From Vicugna vicugna (lineage: Eukaryota): a DNA stretch of 64,000 bases. Below the pieces are notes generated by a model, which worked only from the letters and a program-made list of their open reading frames with translations, did not search any database and was not told the origin of the DNA. Below are positions 27,060 to 39,522 of the stretch, in pieces (the first letter of the stretch is position 1; each line of letters opens with the position of its first letter). The translations under genes were made by a program, and so were the position numbers. The stretch lies in assembly GCA_013265495.1 (NCBI GenBank), contig MU058636.1, forward strand, positions 496,001 to 560,000. Reading direction: 5' to 3'.

Positions 27060-27720
27060 CACGCCCCAGTGTCGTCCTCCTGGGTGGACTGTTAGAATCA
27101 TTTCCAAATGGGACTCGCATTTGTTATTATTCTGTTCTTGGTCGTCTGGGAGCTGTTCTCCCATAAAAGCTGGACTGTTCCCTTAAGAACATAACACACC
27201 CCATTTCACATTCTGCATAGAATCTTCCAATGGTTTCCTATCACAGTTAACAAAGAATTCAAACTCCTCGCCACAACCCACATCAATCTGCCCCCTCTGT
27301 CTGTCTGCACAGTCCCAGAGCCTCTGGCGAGACCGGCCTTTGTGGTGGTCTGTGGGCCCGTCACTGCTTCTGTATTCAGGCTGTTAGCCACTCCTCTGTC
27401 AGGAACCCTCTCCGCTTGTTGTTCATATAACTCACTTCCTCCAGCTCCTCAGATCTGCTCTGATGTTACCTCCTCAAAGGATTTTTCCTGAACTCCTGAT
27501 CTAAAAGAGCAGCCCCGTCTCTCTCCATCTCACTACTCAGCCTTGGTTGTCTCCACAGCGCTTGGCACACCTGACGTTTTACTGTGTGTCTGTCTGTGTG
27601 TGTCTGCGTTCCGTCTCCCTCACTGTACTGAGAGCTCCCTGAACACAGGCGGGGACCTTGTTCCCCCCGATCCCCCAGCAGCACTGGCCAAAGAGTCGAC
27701 TCTACATAAATATCTGGCGT
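27060..27720. mobile_element. LINE-2 relic
   Basis: aatcttccaatggtttcctatcacagttaacaaagaattcaaactcct and actgagagctccctgaacacaggcggggaccttgtt...cccagca L2 motifs. Confidence 0.65.
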
Positions 27721-28288
27721 GTAAATTAAAGAATAAAGTTACCCCTGTCACAGCTGCAGCCTATGTTAGCATCGAAGAAATGGCCCCCTGTCTGATCTCA
27801 GTGTTTCTTTATTGAGGCATTTCTTTAAAAGTATCATCTTTATGATTAAAACAATCTTAAAGTCAGTTACTAAAAAAGTGAATGCTTACAGTTCTGAATA
27901 GCTGTTTGCTAATACAACAACTCTTTGCCTTCATGAGCTTAATTTAGCCTCACCTTTACTTTTTTGGACATTTTTTTCCTTCCTCCCTTTTCAATGAAGT
28001 CCTGCCTGAGTTTTCAGTCTTCCTGCACCATGTCTCTCCTAAATTCTAGATGTGTCTTTTTTAAGTCAGAAGCCGTCCTGTGGTCACAGTGGGTCCCCCA
28101 CTGCAGAAAGGACCCAGGGCAGCCCAGGATGTCCCTTTGAGGGCTCATCTTTCCTCACCCACAGTCTGCCTCCCTAGAATCGGGAGAAAGGGTGCGTCCT
28201 GCGGCTGGACCCAGGGCCCACCATCACCAGATTCTGCCCGCGGTGCTACGTGGTCATTTTGGTGTTTTAAAAAAAGTGAATAGGTCTT

Positions 28289-28728
28289 TTTTGTTCTTCT
28301 TGTGATCTACTCAGTGTTATTTTTTTTTCCTTTTTTTAAAGTTTTCAGTTTTATTAGGTAGAATTATTACAGTTTGACTGCACATATACAATATATTACA
28401 TGTAAAAACATATACACCATATACTGCACATATTTTTAAAAGTTACATATATGTACTGTTCATTGTTTCTAAAAACGTTTAGAGCTTTAGCTTTTAAACT
28501 TACGTAGTTATCAAAAGAATAAAGCCAACCACAAAATAAGAATTAATTCAAAAAGATACAAAACCCTGCTGTTAACAGCAACATTATTTATAATTGCCAA
28601 GATGTGGAAGCATCCTAACTGCACATCAATAGATGAGTGGATGAAGAAGCTACAGCGTATATATGTGATGGAATACAGCCCACCCATAAGAAAGAAGGGC
28701 ATTTTGCCATTTGCGGCCCTTCATTCAC
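28289..28728 (-). mobile_element. TSD-flanked retrotransposed insertion: minus-strand polyadenylated tail plus inverted (+ strand) LINE-1 segment
   Basis: Direct repeats at 28266-28288 and 28729-28751 (21/23 identical). T-tracts and TTTATT (28350-28355) on the left; L1 ORF2-end sequence at 28544-28716. Confidence 0.8.
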
Positions 28729-29124
28729 TTTAAAAAAACTGAACAGGTCTTGATTCTTTCATAAGAGTCGGATCTTCAGCAAGCGGATGGGTAAATCAGT
28801 GAGCACGAATATGTGTGCCCGACAGCTCCTGAGTCGGAAGCTGGATCACAGAAACCCCCATGTGCTCGGTCTACAGGCCACAGATCTAATTTGAGTATAA
28901 AAGGGAATAAAAGGAGATTGGCCGAGCCACCCAGAGAAACCACTTCTGATCTTAAAACAAGCCTTGACCCCTTAGGGTCAAAACCAGGCTTTTCCCAGCA
29001 GGCTGGCTGACATGCAGCAGGCCATTCTGTTAGAGTGCTGCCTTAGTGATTGCTGTGTACATGGTAAGAGTCATCCTTAAGAAGGAAAAAGTAGAAAAGA
29101 TACGAAATTAAAGCTTCAGAATCT

Positions 29125-29245
29125 GGGGGAGGGCACGTGTTCAGCGTGCATGAGGTCCTGGGTTCAAGCCCCAGTACCTCCATTAAAGAAAAAGGAAATG
29201 AATAAATGAAACCCAATTACCTCTTAAAGTCTTAAAAAAGAGAAA
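29125..29245 (+). mobile_element. tRNA-derived SINE (vic-1-like) lacking the A-box region
   Basis: gggggagggcacgtg...gaggtcctgggttcaagccccagtacctcc; flanked by ttcagaatc on both sides (TSD-like). Confidence 0.82.
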
Positions 29246-29851
29246 CATTTCAGAATCCTGGCAGTGTCTTCAAGGCGTCTCTCCTTGGCTTGTTTGCATC
29301 CTTCCTTTATAGAGTCTGGAAGCTCACATAGACGTGTGTAGAGAACATGAACTTGGATTTGGATATCCTCCAAAATTCTTTTGAGTTCAGTCATTGTGAA
29401 CTGATTTCGTATCATGTATTTTGCTATCTTCTGCTATTGGCCTGTAATTTTCAATGTAGCAAAAATTAGAGATGAATAGGAAATGAACACTGGGAAGAGG
29501 GCTGATAACACGGGCATCCGCAGAGGTAGATGGATGTGTTCTTACTCTGTTCCCTCTTCTAGCAACCGAGGGAGATTTTAATCTTTATGAAAATGGACAT
29601 TTCAACCCCATCAGGTGTTTGGTGGTTTCATGTGTCGGAAACCTGATTTTGTTTGTTTGCTTCCTCCGGAGAAAATAGAAGATGAAAAACATTCAAGGCA
29701 GAGGGAGGAGGCATTGGAATCACAGTCGATGTGGTTTTTGATGTTCCTGAACATTTTGATAAATGTCTCTAAAATTCTGTTTTTACCTTCAGGGTAGAGC
29801 AGACTGCAGGGCTCTGCTCCGGAGGGTCACAGTAGCTTCTCTGTTTTTCAG

Positions 29852-29913
29852 ATACCGTGTTGGCCAACGGTCATGCCACCGACTATTTATTTGTTGGGAA
29901 TATTGTTTATACG
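29852..29913 (+). CDS. ATP8A2: ATP8A2 coding exon (62 nt, phase 1-0), (D)TVLANGHATDYLFVGNIVYT
   Basis: Acceptor cttctctgtttttcag and donor ACG|gtaagt. The split codon G|AT (Asp) joins the previous exon in frame. Confidence 0.96.
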
Positions 29914-30417
29914 GTAAGTTGCTCTGTTTACCGAACCATCCTCAGATGGCCCGTGAGCGGTGCTCCCTGTCCCCTGACACAAGGCCCTCCGCAGCGGCGC
30001 CGGCTTCGGGCCTCCGCACCGCCCGGTGCGGCTCCGTGAAGCTGGCCCGGCCGCGCGGCGCTGAGCTTGTGTGGCACTGGCGACTGTGCAGAGCTGAGGC
30101 TTCTGGGCCGGTGACCAGCGCATGTGTCCCCCTCCAGGTGACCATTTCACACGTGCCTGTGGGAAAAAACAGCGCGAGGGAAGGTGATTTCTCCCAAATC
30201 TTCCAAGCTCTGGGGGCGGAGTGGCAGCTGTGAGGAGACGACCGCTGAAAGGCCGGCTTTTCTCCCAGTAACCCGCCTGTGCGCTTCCTGCGACAGGCCC
30301 CCAGGAGCTCACCACTGGGCCAGCGCCTTCAGGGTGCAGCTGCCGCGGAAGACTTGCTTCTGGAAAGTGAAAATAAACGGGGTTAACACGTTTCCCAAAT
30401 TTCTCTTCCTTTCGCAG

Positions 30418-30474
30418 TATGTTGTTGTTACTGTTTGTCTGAAAGCTGGTTTGGAGACTACAGCTTGGACAAAA
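30418..30474 (+). CDS. ATP8A2: ATP8A2 coding exon (57 nt, phase 0-0), YVVVTVCLKAGLETTAWTK
   Basis: Acceptor tttctcttcctttcgcag and donor AAA|gtaagt. Conserved P4-ATPase TM8 segment. Confidence 0.97.
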
Positions 30475-30898
30475 GTAAGTTTTCCCTAGAATTATTTCTC
30501 TCTCCACTTTGGATATTTTTTTCTGGTGGTGTGTCCTTTTAAGCTTTTGGAAAGTGATAAGCAGTATCTGGCTATCTTATTTTAAATTTTGCATGTAAAA
30601 ATTGTGGTTGGATCTTTATCAGGGCAAATTTGCAATTCAGAGTTCTCTGATCAGTCATTTGCTGGGCACTTAATACAGCTCTAGGCTGTTAACGGCTCAT
30701 TTCAAGTGTAGACACATATTGTAAAAAGAAAAAAAAATACAGAAAACATAGGAGGACAGAAAGGAGAATTTTCAACTTCCATAATTTTACCACCAGGAGA
30801 GACTTACTGTTAACATTTGCTGTAATATCTTCCAGACTTTATTTTACATGTGTATTGTTTATTAGTAAGACAGTGCATTTTAGAACATATAGTTTTCA

Positions 30899-31053
30899 GG
30901 AGGGAAGGTATAGCTCAGGGGTAGAGCACGTGCTTAGCATGCACAAGGTCCTGGTTCCATCCCCATTACCTCCGTAAAAATAAATCAGTAAACCAATAAA
31001 CCAAATTACTCCCCCACCAAGGAAAAAAAACAACAGAAAAAAGAATTTTTAAA
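30899..31053 (+). mobile_element. tRNA-derived SINE (vic-1-like) with TSD
   Basis: ggtatagctcaggggtagagcacgtgcttagcatgcacaaggtcctgg; TSD agaacatatagttttc (30882-30897) / agagcatatagtttc (31054-31068). Confidence 0.9.
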
Positions 31054-31765
31054 AGAGCATATAGTTTCGTCTTTTTTCACTTAGAAACATCTTATAAACA
31101 TTTTCCATACCTGAGAATATACTTCTACAAAACCGTTGACTGCGATGAATGAGTATGAGGTTTCATTGGTGTCCCATCGCTTGTGTAGTCAGTCCCCAGA
31201 AGTTGACATTTCCCGGACATCAGTGATGGAGTGGATCACGGAGTGTGCAGAAAGGAGGGCAAGGCTCATCCTTTTAAGAGGATGAAGAAGAAAAAGATTC
31301 CTCACTCAGTAGAGGCTTAAAGCAGTAAGATGCCACATCCATTCCAGACTTTTCACGAGTTCTTTGGAAACTGAAAAGAACAATCAAAGTCTCAAAATGA
31401 TAAATCAGCCCACCTTGCTCGTCCCGTCTGTCCAGCACCCTCTCACTAGGCTAACAAGACTTGTTCCACCAGAGTGCGTGCTGGGGAGGGAGGGAGCAGG
31501 CCCGCCCACACCACGGGATGGGTCTGCGGGGAGGTGGGTGGAGGTGCGACAGGCACGTTCAGCTTCAGGGTCATTTGGGGCCACCAGTTACTTGAATTCA
31601 TTGTTAAACATTCCGAGAGGAGAACATTAGATCAAACTCTGCAATGATGGTGAGTCGTGGAAACCTTTCCCTCAAGGAGGCGGCGTGGCTGCAGGGATTC
31701 TGAGCCGGGGAGTTCAGGTGGCCCCCAGCGGCGGAGGCCCTGCTGAGTGTCTGCTTCCTTTGCAG

Positions 31766-31873
31766 TTCAGTCACCTGGCCGTCTGGGGAAGCATGCTCAT
31801 CTGGCTGGTGTTTTTTGGCGTCTACTCAACCCTCTGGCCCACCATTCCCATCGCTCCAGACATGAAGGGACAG
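31766..31873 (+). CDS. ATP8A2: ATP8A2 coding exon (108 nt, phase 0-0), [36 protein letters not shown]
   Basis: Acceptor ctgcttcctttgcag and donor CAG|gtcagt. TM9 segment with the ATP8A2-type [10 protein letters not shown] loop. Confidence 0.97.
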
Positions 31874-34425
31874 GTCAGTGGCGCGGTTTGGGAGTGGGCT
31901 TTCCGTGTCTCAGGGCGAGGATGAACCAACTCCAGGAGAGGCCGGTGTCGCCGGCTTCCGTCGAAATGCATCAGGCCGGTCACAAACCAGATCAGAGCAC
32001 CTGGAAGAGGTATTCCAGTCCACAGAAATAGCATTTGACATTTTAATTCCTGTGTACATTGTTGACATAAATCCTCTGACCTACGCAGCACGTCCGCGCT
32101 CCCGTAATGACCTCTGTGCTAGTCACACATGGTTCTCGTGTGCAGTCCGCGGACCTTGGAAAACAGGAGATGGTTTAAGTCTTTCATAACCCAGTGACTA
32201 TATCTTGCTTGTTGTTTCGATGTTGAGTATTACTACACTTTGATGCGTTGCTAGTCAGTCACCTGTGAAAGATAAAGCTAACAACTCTATTAACCAGATC
32301 ATGAATTACCCAGAATAGCTCGAGGTTCATCTCTTAATGGGAGAGGCTGAGATTGAAGACCTTTCTGCTTGTTTGGATTTTTTTCATTGTTTCTTCTTTT
32401 CTATTATCTTTGTCTGGTGTTGGAGATTGAGCCATCAATACTGGCAAACTGAATCTTAGGATTCCATGGGATTGGGTCTGGAGGGGAGCTCGACAGCCCT
32501 GGGTTCCAGACGTCCTCAGTTTGCGAATGAAGTGCAGACCTGGCCCCACAGCCCCTGAGCTGGGGTCTGCCCGCAGCCAGCACTGCCCTCGGACCCCGAC
32601 AGGGGCTGCCTGACACCTTGCTCTCGCTCTTGCTCTCTCTCGCTCTCTCTCTCACCCATACACACACACATATAAATTTGCTTTACAGGGAAAATCTTCA
32701 GGGTTTATAAAAGAACGCGTGGTTGGTAGTAGGAGACACAGAATGTTTGTGAAGAAACTGTATTTTATCTTTTCTTTACACGTGCATTCCTTCGGAGGTC
32801 GTTACGCTGGCCGTCCCGGGTGAGGGAGGACTCGTGTTCCTCCCCAAGGCGTGAGCGGTCGTGGTGCACAGGGCAGCACCCCCACTCTGGTCTGCTCCCG
32901 GGGTTCCCAGAACCCTGCGTTTTCCTGCCAAACAGCCAGAACCCCCCTCCCAGGCCTGCATGGTTCTCTCCCCCGATCCAGGCTCTGGTGAGCACACCCG
33001 TGAGCCCCAGGGCGGCTGTTCGAAGCGGGTGTGCCCTGGGTCCCCTAGGTGTTCACTCCAGGGCATCCACCCACATTCTCACGAGGTCGAAGGTTTGCTG
33101 GTGCTGTGGGCCAGATCCAGGCATGGGAAGGTGAAGTGGGGTTGCGGGCGTCTCCTGGTGTTGCTACCCCAGGATCACACATTTCAGAGGCAGGCCTGTG
33201 CCAATCCAAGTGATGGAGGAGCTCACTGAGCCCTGGGTGAGTCAGGAAGCTTGTGGTGGAGCAAAACGAGCCTTTCCCAGCAGAGATACTTTGCACACTT
33301 CAAGAGTCAGTTCTGTTTTGGAACAAGGAAAGTATTCACAGTGGGTGTTGTGCCTAGAAAATCTTCTTCGTGGTCTCTTCCTTCTGGTCAAGGGTGGTTG
33401 TGGCCCGATGCATATTTCACTTGGGGAGTTTTTTGTGTGGGACAGTGAAGACAGCAGCCCACTGCTCTGGACAGTTTCCTAGATTAGAGGCGACTGGCTG
33501 CTGGCGGGATGGAATCAGCTGGTGGGTGACTGGCCGACAAAGCCCCATCCTTTGAAAGCCCCCCAGTGTCCTCCACAGAGGATGCTCTGGTGACCCCACT
33601 GTGTACGCCCACACCAGGGACTGCCGTTCAGATGTGTGTGGGTCATGCTGGTCGCCAGCCCATCACGACGTTGACTTGGGAAGTAGGGAGGGACCACGTT
33701 TACCAGCCAGCCCTTGACACGGCGTTCTCACTCTCTGAGTCCCACCCTGGCCTGTGTGGCTCCAAGGCTCAGCTTAATGGTGCAGTTTCCACAGTTGGGG
33801 ACTTTTCAGAGAAATCTCATGAGCTCTTCCCACCATCCAAAAGTTAAGAAATTATAGTATTAAATCACATTTCACTTGGGTAGGAAAACTTTTTTTTAAC
33901 ATAAACCATGATGTTTCAACTTTGTTGTTGGTTGGCCTGTTTCCATGAGGCAAGGGATGTTCTGGAGTCAGCCGCTGCTGGCCAAGACTGGGTTCCCGTT
34001 AGACGCGGAAAGAGACGTTAATGTGGTTTCATGTCACGGTGCCGCCAGGTGGGAAATCTGTCTGGGTTTAAAGGGCTGTTTCTCATCCCTGGTTTTGCTC
34101 CAAGGCGGGCCTCTTGCCGGAGCACAGGATGTCCTAAAATAACGCTGGGACCAACTTGATACTCTCACTGGTGTCTGCACCCCAGTGGTGTGTTCATTCT
34201 TTGAAAAGTGGTGGTGAAGTATTTAAAAAAATTTTTTTAACACTTATGAAGAATCACTTGGGTGGAGAGTGGCTGAAACTAGCCTGACGTCTCTGGAGGG
34301 TTCTGCCGCCTCCGGGGAATGAGGTAACATTGTAAAGAAAGGGGGTGGTCAGTGACGGGAGGTGCTTCTTTGGGGGAAACTGACAATATGGCCCAGCCGC
34401 GTCCATCCCATTGGTTTTTGGCTGG

Positions 34426-34580
34426 TGCTGTGGACTGGGCATTTGCGTCACCCTCAAATTCAGATGGTGAAGCCCTGACCCCCAATGTGGAGGTGGGGTC
34501 TTGGGGAGGTAATCAGGTCATGAAGGGGATTAGCACCCTGACAGGAAGAGGCCAGAACGCCAGCTCACTTGTCCCTGGTG
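34426..34580 (+). mobile_element. MLT1A/B-type LTR 5' fragment
   Basis: tgctgtggactg...ccctcaaattcagatggtgaagccctgacccccaatgtg...gggaggtaatcaggtcatga. Confidence 0.7.
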
Positions 34581-35896
34581 GCGATTGAGGATCTTCACCT
34601 TCATCTCCTTATCATCGTCTTCATCGTCACCATCATTATTACTTTAAGAATATTTCTGGTGATTTTCATAAACCATTTTTTGTAGTTCACAAAACAGTCA
34701 GGTTTTGGCCAAGGAACACAGTTCTTTTGAGCTGTAGAATTAAACTAGTGTCTGGTGGCCAACGGCACCTCTCACCCAGGAGCCAGAGACAGAGCCCGCA
34801 CACAAAACGCTCTGTTCCTAACATCCTCAACAGTTGAAAAGATGCATTGTTTCTGCCGGGGCTTCCTAACCCAGTTTGATTAACTGTTTCTTTGTCTTGT
34901 CTGAGGTTGGTGGGGGTTTTTCTCACAAAGAAGAAGGCAGGTTTTCCCTCGAGGGCAAAGGAGAGGAGGACTGTGGGATGGGGTGATCTTCCACGTCAAA
35001 GCGTCTTTATCCTCCCCGGAGCATCTCACAATGAGGTCCGGGAAAGCCAAGCAGACAGTGAGTCCGGAAGTCCCCGTGACGTTTCTCAAGTTGAAGGAGG
35101 CGTCTGTGTGCTTCCTCTCCTGAGAGCAGGCACCATTTGTGGGATTTAAGGGGCCCCCTGGTTTTCCATTTTTCTAGGCCCAAGCTAGTCCTGAAGTGAA
35201 TTACAAACTTGGGTTGTGTCTATCCTGGCTGATGCCGAAGTTGTCAGCTGGGGAAAATACGTGGTGATGTCTTCCCGCAGGGGACTGCGTGTTTTTCTTT
35301 CTGCCAGTAGTGTGGCCCTGAGGCCCCACGGTCAAGGCCTGAAGGTGGAAAGTTGCAAACATTCTATAGGACAGAGTTGCCTGCTGGTGGAGAGGCTTGG
35401 ATTACAGTGATGAGGAAAACTTGATCAAAAACTGGATCAGGAAATGGGTGGCTCTTTCTTTCACATATTCCTAGAGGCTTGGTGCTTTGGGAGTCTCAGA
35501 GGGGGTGCTGTGGTATTTGACCTTTGTTTAAAAGTCAAAAGACCTGCCCCCAACTAACTTAGGATCCTTTGCAGAGTCACTTAACCTGCATTAATTTCCT
35601 TATCAGAAAAGTCGAATACTGTTAACCCCCCCAGTCACCTCAGAGATGTCATAGGATTGCTTGCGGGAAACGTATGTTTCTGCTCTTTCCCTTGGAGTGA
35701 TAAGTTCTTCTCTTGAGCCACTGTAAATGGAAATATTGTGACTTAAACTCCCAGTTGTTTTGGCCAAAGAATTTTTAACATTTTCTAGGTTCTTGATATG
35801 AAGTATCCCAGGAAGGTCCGTTGACCGCCTGCATCTGAATGATCTGAGTTGCTTTTTAAAATGATGACCTCCCCTCTGCCAAAACACGAGTACTTG

Positions 35897-36511
35897 TGAT
35901 ACAGGATGGGGCGCCAGAGGATGGCAGTGTCCCAGGTCTTGGCCGAGTCCCTGGGACATGCCCAGCCAGGTGAGGGTCCTTGGCTTCACACCGGAGGCAA
36001 TTCAAGAGAGACACAAAGAGTGAAGGTGGATTTGTTCAGAGAGATGCAGACTCCGAGTGCAGGCGTCTCAGAAGGCCTGAGGAGACGCACATTCCATAGG
36101 CAGAGTGTGGACCATCCTGAGAGGTGAGAGACGGCCTTCGAGCGCGGGGCTGTCTAGGAAAGTGCAAGCGACCACGACGTGTAGGGTGGGGAGTATTTAT
36201 GGGCTCGGCAACTTCACATCCTAACCAGCGGGAGGATTATTCCAACTCCTTCGGGAGAGGGGCGGGGGTTCCCAGGGACTGGGCCATCGCCCACTTCTTG
36301 ACCCTTTACGATCAGCCTCGGAACTGCCCTGGTGCCTGTGGGAGTGCCGTTTACCACGCTGGTACATTACAGCGAGCGTGTGATGAAGCTCGAGGTCTCC
36401 TGGCCGTCAGATGTCCCGCCACCTCAGGCCTCCAGGTCTCCTGGGAGTCAGATCGTCACCTGCTGTGTCACTCCTTTAATGGGTCTGCCTCGCCCCCTCC
36501 CTTCTGTCTCG
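35897..36511 (-). mobile_element. Solo ERV1-class LTR (about 615 bp)
   Basis: Ends read TGATACAGG...CTGTCTC(G), a decayed TG...CA. The 4-bp flanks cttg/cgtg match 3 of 4. Internal gtatttatggg is TATA-like on the minus strand. Confidence 0.7.
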
Positions 36512-38399
36512 CGTGCGCGCACACACTCAGGATCCCTGCGTGTGGAGCCCCCGCCTCAGCCTGGACATTTCACCAGACTGTTCTGCTTAAAGTCTGAGAA
36601 CCACTGCTCACACCACCTGAAACATGACTCCGCCACAGTGTTCACGCCAGCCCTGGGCACTCCAGGAGGAGACGGTGTTTGTGGATCCACATCCAGGAGC
36701 AGTGGCTCTGGAAGTCATGGCAGGCAGTGTGGCAGCCACTCTGAGGCCCGGGCTTGTAAACAGAGAATTATAGTGAAAAGCATGACGTCATTCGCCCGAA
36801 AAAACACTCCTCACCGATGCTGGTGCTCTTCCTTTAAAGTTCTTTCACTGCTGGTAAAAGCGGGGGAGCCTTAACTTCAAAGCCTGCAGACTGCGAACTC
36901 TGCGGTGCCCGGCTCCAGGCTCCAGCCAGCTTCTGACCTGTGACAGCCTTTTTTTGGTCCTAAATACAGGAACGGGTTTACTTTTGGGTTTTATATACAC
37001 ACTTGGTACACACAGTACAAATCCCAATGGACTGAAAGGGAACAGAGGATCAAAGTGATTAACTACTCGTGTTCCCAGCGCGACTGCTCTCGCCTGGACT
37101 TTGCAGCCCAGAGATCTCAGGCCCTGGTATTTTCCATACAAATGTAAAGAGAGGGGTTTTGTTTCCAGGTTGCATGAGCTCTAGGAGGCAGCCGCAGAAG
37201 CCGGGTTCAAGGCCGTCTCTGCTCAGCTGTGGTTCCAGGGCGTCTGTGTGAGCCCAAGGCCAGGAGAGGACTTGTCCTCAGGTTAATTCCGTGGTGTGGG
37301 GTGTGGTCACTTGTCCCCAGCTCCCGTCCACCTTCCCCCTTTGCCGAGGGACCCAGTTTGTCTCACGATCTGGGCCTTGTGCGAGCCTGGCCCCAGAGGG
37401 GGTCCTGTTCACCCCAGCTCAGCTGGAGCCCGCCTCGAGCTGCCCCGTGTGGGTGAGGAGCCCTGAAGATGGGAGGACACGTCCCCTGGGGGGCTGAGGC
37501 ACGTTTGCTCCTGAAAGAAGCCCATCAGAGACGGGGCTGTCTCTGTGCACAGTGGGTGACATTGCTGCTGCAGAGGGTTTGAACTTGCTGGCTTCTCGTG
37601 TGTCTGTACCTCCCACCACCTGCGTCCAGCTGGGATGCGTGTGCCTCCCTGCAGGCCCCCACACTAATAAGCCCTGTGCGAGGCCATCCCTAGGACTGAA
37701 AAATCATTAAAAGAAAAATCAGAAACGTTGACTTGAGCAGAGACATCTAGTTGGTTCTCACTATAAATATAGGTCTATAAATATTTGGGCTCTAAAACCA
37801 GAAAATTCAACGTTGGACAACAGTTCCATCAGAAAATGGCTTTTGTGGTCATTACACATCACGCCAAGCTGTTTCTGTTTTTCTTTTCCTGATAACTGAA
37901 CAAGGAGGAAGGTATATTTTATCAAACCTGTTAGCCCCTCGAAATGATTCCAGGTTCTTCCTACAGGCAGGAATGGGACCGGCTCGCACCAGGTCCTGGC
38001 TGCTTCCTGCAGGGTCCACGGGATCAGTCTGAGTTGACCGGAATCGAACTTCTTTCCTATTCAGTGCAGATCCCAAGGAACGTACAAAGTGAGAAATGCA
38101 CAAAGGGAAGTCTTCTGTTCGTATTATCCGTAATTGGGTTATTTCTGAGCCTCAGCGTCATCAGGTATAAGAAGTAGACAACCTCTGGAGACACTTTTAA
38201 TAAGGACAGTAAAGAACCTAGGCATGTGAGTAATAGTAGGTGATGTCCACGGAGAAAGAACTGAGTCCCGGAGAAAATATACATCCATAGAAGTGTGCCC
38301 TCCCTGAGCTGCTGCTACATGACAAAGCAAGCATTAACTCGTCTGACATCTATGGTATCACCACGTGAGCAGACGGGGGCTTGAGAAAGGGCCAGCACC

Positions 38400-38462
38400 A
38401 AGGAAGGAAGGAAGGAAGGAAGAAAGAAAGGAAAGAGAGGAGAGGGGAGGAAAGGAAAAGAA
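38400..38462. repeat. Polypurine (GGAA/GAAA/GA) tract
   Basis: aaggaaggaaggaaggaaggaagaaagaaaggaaagagaggagaggggaggaaaggaaaagaa contains only A and G. Confidence 0.9.
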
Positions 38463-39522
38463 CACCTTGGTCAGACCAAGGAGTGAGGTGCCTGGGGCGT
38501 CCGAAGTCAGCCAGACCTCAGGGTACCAACCCTCACACTTCGTCACTGGGAGAGCACCTAGGGTGATGCTTGGTGTCAAAGAAGCGTCAGTCAATTCTTC
38601 TTAAATTTTTGCTTGTATTAAATTGATCCAAAGTGATTTGCCCTGCAGCGTAATAGCACTTTTCAAGTACAAATGCAGTACTGGGACGCCTGCGTGTACG
38701 TGGTGCTGGAGCAGCAGTCTTCTGCCCTTGTACCTCAGGAAAGCGGGTTCCAAGCAATAGCCCATTTACAGTCCATTACAAAAAGCGGTGATCCTGTTGT
38801 CCCTGCCCGCCTTCCTCCCTGCTCGGTTCTCTCCATTCTGGCAGCTTGTTTTATTTTGGCCTCTCGTTTCAAGGATGCTGTGTGCTAATTAGAAGCCAGG
38901 CGGCTTTCATTGTGAGCTCTTTTCCTCTGGGGTTAAAGGTTTTGTTGTGGCGTTGGCACTTGCTGTTCATTCTGAGGTTAATTTTTTAAATATCTGTCAG
39001 CAAATCAAAGTACACATTACATGCTGATTTTGTTTGTTTGTAGTATTTATACTCCGTGGTCTCAGAGCCCGTTTGATGTGGTTTTGAACTTTTCCTTTCT
39101 CCAAACATGTGGAAATGTGCACGGGGGGCCCTGGAGCTGAGATCCTTTGCGGGGACTTACATCTCCAGCATCTGCGGAGGGAGACGCCGGGCCTGGTGGG
39201 CAGAGCCCTAGTCCTACCCGCCAGAGACATTAGGGTTCCTTAGGTTTGTTCTGGTTAAGAGACACAGAGATGCCTGAAAAGGGCCACCAGATAAAGGATT
39301 CGTGCAAGAATAGATGACGGGGTAGGTCAGACTAAGAAGGAAGAAGGTACAACCATAGCACGCTGTTAAACGTGGGCCAGGGTCCTCCTGCTCTGTGTAA
39401 ATGGCGATGCCAAGCTCCTGGAAGACCAGGATCGCGGGAGGATTTGAGGTGAGAGCTGCAGTCACCGTTGCTGCTGGTGGCTTGCAGACTGTCGAGGGTT
39501 CACTGACGTAATCGTGTGCTGC

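Noticed and set aside
36783..36790. Isolated perfect CRE palindrome TGACGTCA
   Set aside because: A single 8-mer is expected by chance in 64 kb of CpG-rich DNA, and there is no supporting context.
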